61,647 nucleotides of DNA, from the sequence record SRR16203515_2173; one strand, written 5' to 3'. The notes beneath the pieces were generated by a model, which saw only the letters and a program-made list of their open reading frames with translations, was not told the origin of the DNA and did not search any database. How positions within the stretch are numbered: position 1 is the first letter of the stretch; every line of letters starts with the position of its first letter. Shown here piece by piece: positions 9,475 through 19,985 of the stretch. The translations under genes and the position numbers were made by a program.

Positions 9475-11070
9475 TTATGCAACGTCGAATTGTAGTGGTT
9501 TTACTTGTTTAAACAAACCGGTCGCATCTAGGTCCTTTAGGACATTGGCTTGGATGGGTTCGTCCACATAAAGCAGTGCAATTGCTTCGCCACCTGCATC
9601 TTCGCGGCCAAGGGTAAAGTTGGCGATGTTCACACCGTTTTGACCCAACGTTTGACCTAATGTACCGATAATGCCCGGGACGTCTTCGTTTGTTGTATAA
9701 AGCATGTTTGCACCGACTTCGGCGTCGATGTTGATGCCTTTAATCTGAATGAAACGTGGTTTTCCATCACTGAACACCGTGCCGCCGATCGAACGTTCGC
9801 GTTCTGCTGTGACGACTGTGACCTTAATATAACCTGCGAAAACACCTGATTTATCTTGGTTCGTGGTGCTGATCTTAATACCACGTTCCTTGGCGATTAC
9901 AGGTGCGGAAACCATATTAACGTCTGGATTGGCCTTTTTCATGATACCCGCAACAACAGAACAGTTTAGGGCATCCAAATTCATTTCGGCGACGGAACCG
10001 TCATAAAGAATGTTGATCGCTGTAATAGGTTCATCTGTCATTTGACCCACGAAGTTGCCCAAGTGATCCGCCAATTTGACCCACGGACCCATGATTTTGG
10101 CCTCTTCCGCGGTCATGGATGGCATGTTCAGCGCGTTTTCAACGGCCCCTGACAACAGATAGTTTGACATCTGATCTGCGACTTGCAGTGCCACGTTTTC
10201 TTGCGCCTCTGTCGTTGCAGCACCCAAATGCGGTGTGCAGACAACATTTGGCAGATTGAACAGTGGGTTTTCCGTAGCAGGTTCAACCGAAAACACGTCA
10301 AATGCAGCGCCCGCAACATGTCCTGATTGCAACAACTCAGCCAGTGCAACTTCGTCAACCAAACCGCCGCGCGCACAGTTGATGATGCGAACGCCCTTTT
10401 TGGTTTTCGCCAAATTTTCACGGCTGAGGATGTTTTTAGTGGTTTCTGTGAATGGAACGTGCAGCGTGATAAAATCAGCAGTGGCCAGTAATTCGTCCAG
10501 CTCTACTTTTTGAATGCCCATTTGCTTGGCTTTTTCTTCCCCAAGGAAAGGGTCAAATGCCATGACCTTCATTTTTAGGCCGCGTGCACGGTCGCAAACG
10601 ATCCCGCCAATGTTCCCTGCGCCAATCACGCCAAGCGTTTTGCCCGTCAGTTCAACGCCCATGAATTTGGATTTTTCCCACTTTCCCGCATGCGTGGATT
10701 CAGAGGCCTCGGGAATTTGGCGCGCAACGGCAAACATCATTGCAATGGCATGTTCGGCCGTGGTGATCATATTGCCAAAGGGTGTGTTCATGACGATGAC
10801 ACCCTGTTTTGACGCCGCTTCTTTATCGACATTGTCCGTTCCAATGCCCGCACGGCCAACCACTTTTAGGTTGGTGGCATGTTTCAAAATTGTGGGTGTC
10901 ACCTTGGTTGCGGATCGGATGGCAAGGCCATCATATTGTCCAATGACCTTGGCCAGTTTTTCTTTGTCTTTGCCCAGATCAGGCATGAAATCAACGTCGA
11001 TCCCGCGATCTCGAAAGATTTGGACAGCTGTTTCGCTTAGTTTGTCAGATACAAGTACTTTAGGTGCCAT
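9475..11070 (-). CDS. serA: D-3-phosphoglycerate dehydrogenase
   Basis: RAGIGTDN, GVIGAGNIG, INCARGG, TPHLGA, C-terminal ACT domain. Start taken at MAPK. Confidence 0.97.
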   Translation of the reverse strand: MAPKVLVSDKLSETAVQIFRDRGIDVDFMPDLGKDKEKLAKVIGQYDGLAIRSATKVTPTILKHATNLKVVGRAGIGTDNVDKEAASKQGVIVMNTPFGNMITTAEHAIAMMFAVARQIPEASESTHAGKWEKSKFMGVELTGKTLGVIGAGNIGGIVCDRARGLKMKVMAFDPFLGEEKAKQMGIQKVELDELLATADFITLHVPFTETTKNILSRENLAKTKKGVRIINCARGGLVDEVALAELLQSGHVAGAAFDVFSVEPATENPLFNLPNVVCTPHLGAATTEAQENVALQVADQMSNYLLSGAVENALNMPSMTAEEAKIMGPWVKLADHLGNFVGQMTDEPITAINILYDGSVAEMNLDALNCSVVAGIMKKANPDVNMVSAPVIAKERGIKISTTNQDKSGVFAGYIKVTVVTAERERSIGGTVFSDGKPRFIQIKGINIDAEVGANMLYTTNEDVPGIIGTLGQTLGQNGVNIANFTLGREDAGGEAIALLYVDEPIQANVLKDLDATGLFKQVKPLQFDVA

Positions 11071-11145
11071 GATTATTCTCATTCTATGGAATTTGTGTGC
11101 GCACCCCCTCTTTGGGGATGCTGATTAATCTATTTTGTCAGTAGG

Positions 11146-12288
11146 TTACTGCGCGGCGATTTCTTGTTCGAAGGCCCATTCCAACCATGGAAGCATCGCA
11201 GCGATGTCCGATGTTTCGACTGTGCCACCACACCACACACGCAATCCCGCAGGGGCATCGCGATAGGCGCCGATGTCATAGGCTACGTTTTCGGCTTCTA
11301 ACCGCTTGGCAACCGCTTTAGCGAATTTTGCGCCGTCTTGAATACGATCATCTGAAAACTTCAGACACACAGACGTGTTTGAACGCGTAGCGGGATCAAT
11401 CGCCAAATTATCAACCCAATCGCGTGTTTCGCAGAATTCCCAAATCACCTGAGCATTTGCCGTTGCACGCGCGATTAAGCCGTTTAGCCCGCCAACATCC
11501 GCGGCCCAATCCAATGCTGCGATGTAATCCTCAACCGCCAACATTGATGGCGTATTAATTGTTTCGCCGACGAAAATACCTTCGATCAGCTTGCCGCCTT
11601 TCGTTAGGCGGAAGATTTTCGGCAGCGGCCAGGCAGGTGTATATGTTGCTAATCGTTCGACCGCACGGGGTGATAGGATCAGCATACCATGCGCTGCTTC
11701 ACCACCCAGCACCTTTTGCCAGCTGAATGTAGTGACATCTAATTTGTCCCATGGCAGGTCCATTGCGAAGGCTGCAGATGTGGCATCACAAATGGTTAAA
11801 CCCTGACGATCCGATGGGATTGCATCCCCATTTGGCATGCGCACGCCAGATGTGGTGCCGTTCCATGTGAATACAACGTCCGTGTTGTAGTCTACCGCGG
11901 CCATATCGACGATTTCGCCGTACTCAGCTGTGCGCACATCTGCGTCAAGTTTCAGTTGTTTGACAACATCTGTCACCCAGCCTGCGCCAAAGCTTTCCCA
12001 GGCGACCATAGTCACAGGGCGCGCGCCCAACATGGACCACATCGCCATTTCAACCGCGCCAGTATCCGACGCAGGAACAATCCCGATACGATAATCGGCG
12101 GGGATGTTCAAAATCTCTCGTGTTTTGTCGATTGCTTCCTTGAGCTTGGCCTTGCCCACAGCCGCACGATGCGAGCGGCCCAATGGGGCATCTGCCAATT
12201 TATCCAAAGAAAACGTAGGGATTTTGGTACATGGACCAGAAGAAAAACGCGCGTTCAACGGCCGCGCAGCCGGTATATTCATAGCCAT
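11146..12288 (-). CDS. serC: Phosphoserine aminotransferase
   Basis: [32 protein letters not shown]. Confidence 0.96.
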   Translation of the reverse strand: MAMNIPAARPLNARFSSGPCTKIPTFSLDKLADAPLGRSHRAAVGKAKLKEAIDKTREILNIPADYRIGIVPASDTGAVEMAMWSMLGARPVTMVAWESFGAGWVTDVVKQLKLDADVRTAEYGEIVDMAAVDYNTDVVFTWNGTTSGVRMPNGDAIPSDRQGLTICDATSAAFAMDLPWDKLDVTTFSWQKVLGGEAAHGMLILSPRAVERLATYTPAWPLPKIFRLTKGGKLIEGIFVGETINTPSMLAVEDYIAALDWAADVGGLNGLIARATANAQVIWEFCETRDWVDNLAIDPATRSNTSVCLKFSDDRIQDGAKFAKAVAKRLEAENVAYDIGAYRDAPAGLRVWCGGTVETSDIAAMLPWLEWAFEQEIAAQ

Positions 12289-12292
12289 CAAT

Positions 12293-12339
12293 GCTACCCT
12301 TTCAGATATGCGCCCCTCGTTGGGGAGGGGTGTCCCACG
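12293..12339 (-). ncRNA. serC leader RNA motif (putative cis-regulatory element)
   Basis: Minus strand reads GTGGGACACCCCTCCCCAACGAGGGGCGCATATCTGAAAGGGTAGC directly before the serC start. Position and sequence match my recollection of the alphaproteobacterial serC leader. Confidence 0.75.
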
Positions 12340-12446
12340 AACCGAAATAGAGAGAGAAAGTTGGTTTCACAAGCACAAAAAGCTCTATATAGCGACATTC
12401 AAGAATAATTTTGCGACGCATATGTCCCTTATAGGAAACAGAAATC

Positions 12447-13325
12447 ATGTATCAGGTCACGCTTATCGGTGCGCCAAACCAAGAAAGATTGAATATGACA
12501 GTGCTGGATTCCTTGCGCCATGCATGGGGTGGGGGCGATGCGGTTTGGTTGTCGCATCTAGAGGCCGCAGAGTTTCCGATTGAAACCGTCCCAAGCAATC
12601 AGTGGCAGGTGTGGCAAGAGTTTCGAAACATGGGCGTCGATATGGTTGTCCAACCTGCATCTGAGCGGCGCAAAAAGATGTTATTGGCCGATATGGACAG
12701 TACCATGATCCAACAAGAATGTATAGATGAATTGGCCGATGAAGTGGGTGTTGGGGATCGTGTAAAAGAGATCACAGCGCGGGCCATGAATGGTGAATTG
12801 GATTTTGAAGCAGCACTGGATGAGCGTGTTGCGCTGTTGGCGGAACAGCCTGCGAGTATCATTGATAAGGTTCTGAAAACACGCATAAAATTTATGCCTG
12901 GTGGGCGCACATTGATCGCGACCATGAAGGCAGATGGGGCCTATGCCGCATTGGTGTCTGGGGGGTTCACAGCCTTCACAAGTCAGGTCGCAGAGACCCT
13001 TGGATTTGATGAACATCACGCCAACACTCTCTTGATAAATGGGGATAAGTTAAGTGGTAAAGTCGCGCGCCCCATCTTGGGCAGAGAGGCCAAAGTAGAG
13101 CAGTTGGAAAAGATTACGGCCAAGTTGGGATTATCAGAAAATGATGTGATCGCCGTTGGGGATGGCGCCAATGATTTGGGCATGTTGGGGCGTGCGGGAA
13201 CAGGTGTGGCACTGCATGCAAAACTCGCAGTTCAGGCGGAATGCGATATGCGTGTGAACAACGGCGATTTGACGGCCCTGTTGTTTTTACAAGGCTATTC
13301 TCGGGACGAATTTTGCGGTCTGTGA
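12447..13325 (+). CDS. serB: Phosphoserine phosphatase
   Basis: HAD motifs DMDST, VSGGF, GDGANDLGML. Divergent from serC. Confidence 0.96.
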   Translation: MYQVTLIGAPNQERLNMTVLDSLRHAWGGGDAVWLSHLEAAEFPIETVPSNQWQVWQEFRNMGVDMVVQPASERRKKMLLADMDSTMIQQECIDELADEVGVGDRVKEITARAMNGELDFEAALDERVALLAEQPASIIDKVLKTRIKFMPGGRTLIATMKADGAYAALVSGGFTAFTSQVAETLGFDEHHANTLLINGDKLSGKVARPILGREAKVEQLEKITAKLGLSENDVIAVGDGANDLGMLGRAGTGVALHAKLAVQAECDMRVNNGDLTALLFLQGYSRDEFCGL

Positions 13326-13435
13326 AACGTTGGTATCGTGTCGGTATTACGTCGGTGCGAGAACGGTTAGGTGCGCAACGCTCGTGCTGAGCACATCGCC
13401 CCGCCCACCTTCCCGTAACAGGTTATTGATCGGTT

Positions 13436-13463
13436 CTTGATGCTCGATGAAATTCGCTTAACT
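13436..13463 (+). promoter_or_regulatory. Possible RpoH (sigma32)-type promoter of msrBA
   Basis: CTTG-N17-CTTAACT, close to the alphaproteobacterial CTTG-N17-CYTATNT consensus. Confidence 0.4.
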
Positions 13464-13490
13464 TATGAGGCCAGTGAAGAGGAGATCATC

Positions 13491-13937
13491 ATGAGTGCAG
13501 GCTATTTCAAAGATCCAGATGCGATCGCGCGGTTAAGCGATGAGGAATTTTGGGTAACCCAAGAAAGTGGAACTGAGCGGCCCGGGACGGGTAAGCTTTT
13601 GAATAATAAAGAGCCCGGGATTTATGTGGATATTGTGTCTGGTGAACCCCTATTTGCATCCTCTGATAAATTTGAGAGCGGATGTGGGTGGCCCAGTTTT
13701 ACCAAACCGATTGAAGCGGCACATATAAACGAGTTGCGTGATACAACGCATGGCATGATCCGTACCGAAGTGCGCAGCACGCATGGGGACAGCCATTTGG
13801 GTCATGTATTCCCGGATGGTCCACAGGATCGTGGTGGATTACGCTATTGCATCAATTCCGCATCGCTTCGCTTTGTGCCGAAGGATGACATGGAAGGTGA
13901 AGGCTATGGCGTCTATTTGGACCAAGTGGAGGACTAA
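13491..13937 (+). CDS. msrB: Peptide-methionine (R)-S-oxide reductase
   Basis: GTERP, GCGWPSF, SHLGHVF, RYCINS. RBS GAGGAG precedes ATG 13491. Confidence 0.97.
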   Translation: MSAGYFKDPDAIARLSDEEFWVTQESGTERPGTGKLLNNKEPGIYVDIVSGEPLFASSDKFESGCGWPSFTKPIEAAHINELRDTTHGMIRTEVRSTHGDSHLGHVFPDGPQDRGGLRYCINSASLRFVPKDDMEGEGYGVYLDQVED

Positions 13938-13938
13938 G

Positions 13939-14454
13939 ATGGAAATGGCGGTATTTGCAGGTGGATGTTTTTGGGGGATGGAGGACTTAATCCGTCGCAT
14001 CCCTGGGGTTCACAAAACACGTGTTGGGTACACGGGGGGCCATGTGGACAACCCAACATACCGATTGGTTTGCACAAAAACGACAGGGCATGCAGAGGCG
14101 GTCGAGATCGAGTTTGATCCATCGCTTGTCAGTTATCGAAAATTGTTAGAGTTCTTTTTCCAAATCCATGATCCAACAACGATGGACCGCCAGGGAAACG
14201 ATATAGGTGACAGCTATCGCTCGGAAATTTTTTATACAAGTGATGCGCAAAAAGAGATGGCCGTAAAAACGATTGCGGATGTGAACGCCTCTGGTTTATG
14301 GCCGGCTCCTGTCGTTACCAAAGTGTCGCCTGCGGTTACATTTTGGGAGGCAGAGCCAGAGCATCAGGATTATTTGGTGCGTCATCCGAACGGCTACACC
14401 TGTCACTTTCCCCGTGCGGATTGGGTTTTGCCAAGCGTGGGTGCAGAAACCTAG
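13939..14454 (+). CDS. msrA: Peptide-methionine (S)-S-oxide reductase
   Basis: [38 protein letters not shown]. Confidence 0.97.
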   Translation: MEMAVFAGGCFWGMEDLIRRIPGVHKTRVGYTGGHVDNPTYRLVCTKTTGHAEAVEIEFDPSLVSYRKLLEFFFQIHDPTTMDRQGNDIGDSYRSEIFYTSDAQKEMAVKTIADVNASGLWPAPVVTKVSPAVTFWEAEPEHQDYLVRHPNGYTCHFPRADWVLPSVGAET

Positions 14455-14493
14455 GTAAACACAATGACCGTTGCGTGTTATCTGGCGCGGCGG

Positions 14494-15822
14494 TCACAAA
14501 TCCACGCTTTGGGCCAGCGCATAGATTGGCGCAAGCATATAGCGGCGAAACCGCCCCAGCGGAAATTGCATAGGAATGTGTTGAAACGCCTTGGGGTAGG
14601 GGCGCATTCCGATCTTGCCCAACACCAAATCGGACAAGACTGCACCAGTATAGCTGGCCATAGCGACGCCGTTTCCATGATAGCCAAACCCCGCATAGCA
14701 CCCTGCGTATCCCGGAATTTCACCGATATACGGCGTTTCAGATCGGTTAAGCGCCACAAGCCCCGACCATTCATAATCAATGGTCACATCACGCCACGCG
14801 GGGAACATTCCAGCAAAATCGCGCCTGATTTTTTGACGGATCCGTTCGTTAGAGCGTTCTGTGTAATGCAGTCCACCGCGCATTCCAAAAAGGAAACGAT
14901 TGTTCGGCATCATGCGAAAATAGTGCAGTAAAAACCGACTGTCATATGCCATTTGCGCGCTGGTCCACCCTTGCGCCGTTTGTTCCTGATCTGTGATCGG
15001 ACGCGTGATGATGACGGACGACTGTACGGGTAAAAAGCGTGCGCGCATCCATGGAAGCATATCCTCGGATGAATAGCCATTTGTGGCGATGATGAATTTG
15101 TTGCAGGATACTGTCCCGTTTGGGGTTGCGATGTCGTATCCCGATGTCGTTGGCGTAATGCGCTGGGCGGGTGTGTTAGCATAGATTTTGGCACCCTTTT
15201 TTTGTGCCATATGCAACAATTCGCTTGCATATTTTTGCGGGTTCAATCCAAAGCCGATGGGGGTTGTGATTGCGCCATGAAATGCGCCGCCCAGCCCGTT
15301 TTGGCGAAGTTTTTGTTTCTCCAGAATTTCGGCGGTGACGCCGTAGTCGCGCTGAATTTCGGCCTGAAGCGCGGGAAAATCCTGTGCGTGTTTTGGCTTG
15401 TGGGCCAAGAGTGTTTCGCCATTTGAATGTCGATCGACATCTAAATCATGGTCGGAAATAAATTGATCAACCAGATCGACAGCGGCCTTTTCCGCTTGGC
15501 GGTATAATTGTCGTTGATCCGATCCATAGAGCCTATCTAAACGTGCGTTTGAAATTTTCCCGCCGCCCAAACAGCAGAATCCCCCATTACGTCCTGTTGC
15601 GCCAAACATGGGTTGCTGTGCATCCATCACTGTGACATCGACACCTGCCTGTCCTAAATGATAGGCCGCGGACAAGCCCGTAAATCCAGCACCAATAATT
15701 GCGACATCGGTTTTGTGCGATCCATCTAATGTCGGAAATGATACAGGTGGAACCGTCGTGGACCAATAAAGGTCCTGAATTGGATCGGGACCATAGGCGG
15801 CATTTTCATAGACATAACGCAT
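14494..15822 (-). CDS. FAD-dependent oxidoreductase, PuuB/DadA family (gamma-glutamylputrescine oxidase-like)
   Basis: IIGAGFTGLSAA, GATGRNGG, ATNGY, GYHGNGVA. Last gene of the polyamine ABC operon. Confidence 0.85.
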   Translation of the reverse strand: MRYVYENAAYGPDPIQDLYWSTTVPPVSFPTLDGSHKTDVAIIGAGFTGLSAAYHLGQAGVDVTVMDAQQPMFGATGRNGGFCCLGGGKISNARLDRLYGSDQRQLYRQAEKAAVDLVDQFISDHDLDVDRHSNGETLLAHKPKHAQDFPALQAEIQRDYGVTAEILEKQKLRQNGLGGAFHGAITTPIGFGLNPQKYASELLHMAQKKGAKIYANTPAQRITPTTSGYDIATPNGTVSCNKFIIATNGYSSEDMLPWMRARFLPVQSSVIITRPITDQEQTAQGWTSAQMAYDSRFLLHYFRMMPNNRFLFGMRGGLHYTERSNERIRQKIRRDFAGMFPAWRDVTIDYEWSGLVALNRSETPYIGEIPGYAGCYAGFGYHGNGVAMASYTGAVLSDLVLGKIGMRPYPKAFQHIPMQFPLGRFRRYMLAPIYALAQSVDL

Positions 15823-16638
15823 TTAGGAACGTACGGCTTGCTGCTCTTCTAATCGTTGGCGTACAGCAGCGCGTTTTGAAATCAGCGACGCTGAAATCAC
15901 ACCAACGGTCACGATCGCAATCATGATCGTTGACAGCGCATTGATTTCGGGACTGACCCCAAGGCGCACGGCCGAGAAAATTTTGATCGGTAGGGTCGTG
16001 GCCGATGGACCCGAGGTGAAGGACGCGATCACCAAATCATCCAGCGACAGTGTGAATGCCAAGAGCCATCCCGAAATGACCGCGGGCGCAATGATGGGTA
16101 ATGTGACCAGACGAAATGCCTCAAACGGGGTGGAGCCTAAATCCAATGCGGCCTCTTCCAGTGACATGTCAAAGGTGGAAAGGCGCGATGACACAACCAC
16201 AGACACATAGCACATTGAAAAGGTGGTGTGGGCCAAAACGATCGTCATGACGCCGCGATCCAGACCAATGCCAATAAATAGCAGCAGGAGGGATAGGCCT
16301 GTAATGACTTCTGGCATCACAAGCGGTGCATAGATCATTCCAGAGAACAATGTCCGTCCCCAAAACCGTCCCGCACGGACAAGGACATAGGCCGCCAAGG
16401 TACCCAATACGGTGGCAAAGGTTGATGATAACACCGCAACCTTAATCGTAACCCACGCCGCGTCCAAGAACGCCTCATTCCGCATAAGCTCACCATACCA
16501 TTTTGTGGAAAACCCAGCCCAAACCGTGACCAGTTTCGACGAGTTGAACGAATAGATCACCAAGATCACCATGGGCAGGTAAAGAAAGGCGAACCCAAGT
16601 GTCAGAGATGTTGTGTTAAACCAAGTTAAACGTCTCAT
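15823..16638 (-). CDS. potI: Putrescine ABC transporter permease (PotI/PotC-like)
   Basis: FLYLP, YSFN, PLVMPEV, LEEAALDLG (EAA loop), FTLSLDD. Confidence 0.85.
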   Translation of the reverse strand: MRRLTWFNTTSLTLGFAFLYLPMVILVIYSFNSSKLVTVWAGFSTKWYGELMRNEAFLDAAWVTIKVAVLSSTFATVLGTLAAYVLVRAGRFWGRTLFSGMIYAPLVMPEVITGLSLLLLFIGIGLDRGVMTIVLAHTTFSMCYVSVVVSSRLSTFDMSLEEAALDLGSTPFEAFRLVTLPIIAPAVISGWLLAFTLSLDDLVIASFTSGPSATTLPIKIFSAVRLGVSPEINALSTIMIAIVTVGVISASLISKRAAVRQRLEEQQAVRS

Positions 16639-17525
16639 CCCTCAGACTCCCTTTGTTTTTGTTCGTTTCGTTGGAACAAGATGATCGGAATGATCAGGAT
16701 TAATAACAAGATAACGGCCACCGCAGAGGCCAATGGCCAATCACGGTTTGAGAAGAACTCGTCCCAAAGAACCTTACCAATCATCAATGTGTTTGATCCG
16801 CCCAAGAGGGATGGGATCACAAATTCGCCCAAGGTTGAAATAAAGACAAGGAAACAGCCCGCGATGATCCCACCGCGGGATAATGGGAATGTCACCAACC
16901 AGAATGCCTTGATACGCGAACAGCCCAAATCCTCTGCGGCCTCTAACAGGCTATCGTCCAGTTTTTCCAACGCGGAATAGATCGGCAAAATCATAAACGG
17001 AAGATACGTGTAAACGATCCCGATATAGACCGCGATGGGCGTGTTCAGAATGATCAATGGTTCAGACGTCAACCCAAGGAACATTAAGGTTTGGTTCAAA
17101 AACCCCTCTTGTCCTAAAATGCCAATCCATGCGTAGACGCGGATCAGGAAGGATGTCCAAAATGGCAGGATCACCAACATCAACAGCGTTGGGCGCCATT
17201 CTTCGCTTGCGCGGGTCATCGCATAGGCGATTGGATATCCAATCAGCAATGTCAAAAAAGTCGAAATCGCAGCGATTTTCAGACTGGACAGATAGGCTTT
17301 GTAATACAAATCATCCATCATCAAGAATTCGAAGTTTTCGAAATCCAATGCACCTAAAAACTTGGTAAATCCCTTCCATCCATTGGCAAGATCCAATTGG
17401 GGTAAATAGGGGGGAATTGATAGTGCGATATCTGACAGCGATATTTTGAAAACGATGGCAAAGGGCACCAAAAATAGGGCCAAAAGCCAAAAATACGGAA
17501 CCGCAATAAGGGCAAATCTACGCAT
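16635..17525 (-). CDS. potH: Putrescine ABC transporter permease (PotH/PotB-like)
   Basis: LPFWTSFLIRVYAW, YLPFMILP, LLEAAEDLG, RDWP. Confidence 0.85.
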   Translation of the reverse strand: MRRFALIAVPYFWLLALFLVPFAIVFKISLSDIALSIPPYLPQLDLANGWKGFTKFLGALDFENFEFLMMDDLYYKAYLSSLKIAAISTFLTLLIGYPIAYAMTRASEEWRPTLLMLVILPFWTSFLIRVYAWIGILGQEGFLNQTLMFLGLTSEPLIILNTPIAVYIGIVYTYLPFMILPIYSALEKLDDSLLEAAEDLGCSRIKAFWLVTFPLSRGGIIAGCFLVFISTLGEFVIPSLLGGSNTLMIGKVLWDEFFSNRDWPLASAVAVILLLILIIPIILFQRNEQKQRESEG

Positions 17526-17527
17526 GA

Positions 17528-18661
17528 CTACCCCTTTAACAAAACGCCAGCGGTGGCAGTAAAGCTAATCCAAACGGTGTCGCCCCATGTGATCGCGCGA
17601 CGCGAAAGACGGCGTGTATTTGCGCTTTGTGCCTTGATGATTTGACCGTTGTGCATTTCAACGTGATAGGTCGATAGGTTGCCCAAATAGGCGATGTCCA
17701 AAACCTTTCCTTGGAATGCGTTTGGTGTATCGTCAGGTTTTTCCACACTGACAGACACCTTTTCCGGCCGGATGGCAAAATGCACCTTTTCACCGCTATC
17801 AAAGGATTTTTCGGTGGTTCCCGTAATGTCGGACACACCTTCGCCCCATGCGATTTGAACCTGTTCACCAGACGGTGTTGCGCGGCCTTCAATGATATTT
17901 ACGTCGCCGATGAAATCGGCCACATAAACGGTGTTTGGCGCCTCATAAATCCGTGCGGGGGTATCGACCTGAATCATGCGCCCTTCATTCATGACGGCGA
18001 TTCTGCTGGCAACTGTCATTGCTTCTTCTTGGTCATGGGTCACAATCACAAATGTTGTGCCTGTTTTTTCCTGAATATCCATCAGTTCAAATTGGGTATC
18101 CTGACGCAATTTTTTGTCCAGCGCGCCAAGTGGTTCATCCAACAACAGCAGCTTTGGCGCCTTGGCCAATGAACGTGCGAGGGCCACACGTTGACGTTGA
18201 CCGCCTGAAATTTGGTGGGGTTTGCGTTTTGCAAATCGTTCCAATCGCGTCAGTCGCAGCATTTCATCAACGCGACTGTTGAGTGCGTCACCCTTCATAC
18301 CCTCGCGTTTTAGGCCGAATGCGATATTTTCCCAAACGGACAAATGCGGAAACAGTGCGTAGGATTGGAACATCATGTTTACGGCGCGTTTGTTCGGTGG
18401 AATTGGCGCGATGTCCTGACCGCTGAGTAATATTGTGCCTTCGGTGGGGGTTTCAAACCCCGCAAGCATCCGCATCAATGTGGTTTTACCACAGCCCGAT
18501 GGACCCAAAAGGGCAAAAAATTCACGTTCAAAAATATTGATTGTTAAATCATCAATCGCGGTGAAATCCCCAAATCGCTTGGTCACATTTTTGAATTGGA
18601 TCAGTGGTTTTTCGTCTGGATCATTCCAAGGGGCGAAAACAGGTTGAAGGGCTTCGGTCAT
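17528..18661 (-). CDS. potG: Putrescine ABC transporter ATP-binding protein (PotG/PotA-like)
   Basis: GPSGCGKT, FQSYALFPH, ISGGQRQR, LLLDEP, C-terminal TOBE domain. Confidence 0.87.
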   Translation of the reverse strand: MTEALQPVFAPWNDPDEKPLIQFKNVTKRFGDFTAIDDLTINIFEREFFALLGPSGCGKTTLMRMLAGFETPTEGTILLSGQDIAPIPPNKRAVNMMFQSYALFPHLSVWENIAFGLKREGMKGDALNSRVDEMLRLTRLERFAKRKPHQISGGQRQRVALARSLAKAPKLLLLDEPLGALDKKLRQDTQFELMDIQEKTGTTFVIVTHDQEEAMTVASRIAVMNEGRMIQVDTPARIYEAPNTVYVADFIGDVNIIEGRATPSGEQVQIAWGEGVSDITGTTEKSFDSGEKVHFAIRPEKVSVSVEKPDDTPNAFQGKVLDIAYLGNLSTYHVEMHNGQIIKAQSANTRRLSRRAITWGDTVWISFTATAGVLLKG

Positions 18662-18683
18662 GGTGCATCCCAAATTTAAAAAC

Positions 18684-18717
18684 AAAAAACCCGCGCAGTT
18701 TGTGCCGCGCGGGTTTT
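18684..18717 (-). terminator. Stem-loop after the potF-like gene
   Basis: AAAACCCGCGC...GCGCGGGTTTT inverted repeat with a U-run on the minus strand. Confidence 0.65.
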
Positions 18718-18728
18718 GGAATCTGTGA

Positions 18729-19814
18729 TTAAGTGCCTGACTTAATCTTTGTCCACATGCGTGTTACGACACGCTGAACACGTGCATCGTATGGACGTGT
18801 TGTAAACAAATTTTCAAGCGTTGCTGCATCTGGGTAAACCGCTGGATACTCAAGGATTTCTGGATCAATGAATTCCTGTGCGGCTTTGTTTCCGCTGGCA
18901 TACCAAACATAGTTTGTTGCTGCGGCAGAGTTTTGCGCATCCATGATAAAGTTGATGAATTTATGTGCCGCATCTGGGTTTGGGGCGTCCACTGGGATCG
19001 CCATTTGGTCGAACCACATTTGTGCGCCTTCGACTGGGATTGAATAATCAATTTCATTCCCATTTTCTGCCTCTGCCGCACTATATTGCGCCTGGAACAC
19101 ATCGCCCGACCAGCCAACGGCAACACAGATTTCGCCATTTGCCAGCGCGTTGATGTATTCTGAACTGTGGAATTTACGGATGTATGGTCGCACTGCTGCG
19201 TATACGGCCTCTGCCTTGGCGATCACTTCTGGATCATGGCTGTCTGGGTCTTCGCCGATGTATAGCAATGCGGCAGGGATCATTTCAGATGGGGCATCAA
19301 GGAAGTGAACGCCGCAATCTGCCAATTTTTCCATGTTTGCTGGATCAAAGACCAATGACCACGAATCAAGTGGTGCATCAGCGCCCAACGCTTCTTCTAC
19401 CTTGCCTATGTTATACCCAATGCCGGTTGTTCCCCACATGTAATTGATGGAATGCTCTCCACCTGGGTCATACTGATCCGTACGCGCTTGGATTTCGTCC
19501 CACATGTTGCCCGCGTTGGACAGCTTGGAAGTATCTAACTTTTGAAAAGCACCCGCTTGGATTTGACGCTGTAGGAATGTGCCAGAGGGCACAACCACAT
19601 CATATCCAGAGCCACCTGCCAGCAGTTTTGTCTCAAGCACTTCGTTGCTGTCAAAGACGTCATAAGTTAGATCGATGCCTGTTTCAGCTTCGAATTTTGT
19701 TAGCAACTCCTCGTCGATATAATCGGACCAGTTGTAAACACGCACTTCCTCGGCAAAAGCGCTTGAGGCTATAATCGCCAGACCAGCTGTTGCTGATAAG
19801 AGATTAGTTTTCAT
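18729..19814 (-). CDS. potF: Putrescine-binding periplasmic protein (PotF-like)
   Basis: Signal peptide, VYNWSDYI, GYDVVVPS, YMWGTTGIGYN, GWSGD. RBS GGGAG precedes ATG 19814. Confidence 0.9.
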   Translation of the reverse strand: MKTNLLSATAGLAIIASSAFAEEVRVYNWSDYIDEELLTKFEAETGIDLTYDVFDSNEVLETKLLAGGSGYDVVVPSGTFLQRQIQAGAFQKLDTSKLSNAGNMWDEIQARTDQYDPGGEHSINYMWGTTGIGYNIGKVEEALGADAPLDSWSLVFDPANMEKLADCGVHFLDAPSEMIPAALLYIGEDPDSHDPEVIAKAEAVYAAVRPYIRKFHSSEYINALANGEICVAVGWSGDVFQAQYSAAEAENGNEIDYSIPVEGAQMWFDQMAIPVDAPNPDAAHKFINFIMDAQNSAAATNYVWYASGNKAAQEFIDPEILEYPAVYPDAATLENLFTTRPYDARVQRVVTRMWTKIKSGT

Positions 19815-19857
19815 GTCTCTCTCCCATTGGACCACGGGGTTTTCCCCATTGGCATAT

Positions 19858-19873
19858 AATTTGATCAAAAATT
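19858..19873. promoter_or_regulatory. Candidate GntR operator (copy 1)
   Basis: AATTTGATCAAAAATT, a TGATCA-centred imperfect palindrome between potF and gntR. Confidence 0.6.
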
Positions 19874-19985
19874 GCGCACATGGCAACACCTTTATGTTCC
19901 CACGCGATTGTCGCAGGCGCAAGAGAAGTCGTGTAATTTGCCACAAGATACTCTAAAGTGTGCGATAAATAAGGATTTGCAGGTA

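Noticed and set aside
13326..13430. GC-rich serB-msrB spacer as an sRNA or gene relic
   Set aside because: No convincing stem-loop/terminator pair and no recognisable peptide.
13783..14454. Possible MsrB-MsrA fusion or frameshift product
   Set aside because: msrA has its own GGAGG RBS and ATG at 13939. The upstream open frame is incidental and I saw no slippery site.
19815..19985. N-terminal extensions of potF and gntR in the ORF track
   Set aside because: They overlap the divergent promoter/operator region. The RBS and signal peptide support 19814 for potF, and domain position supports about 19986 for gntR.
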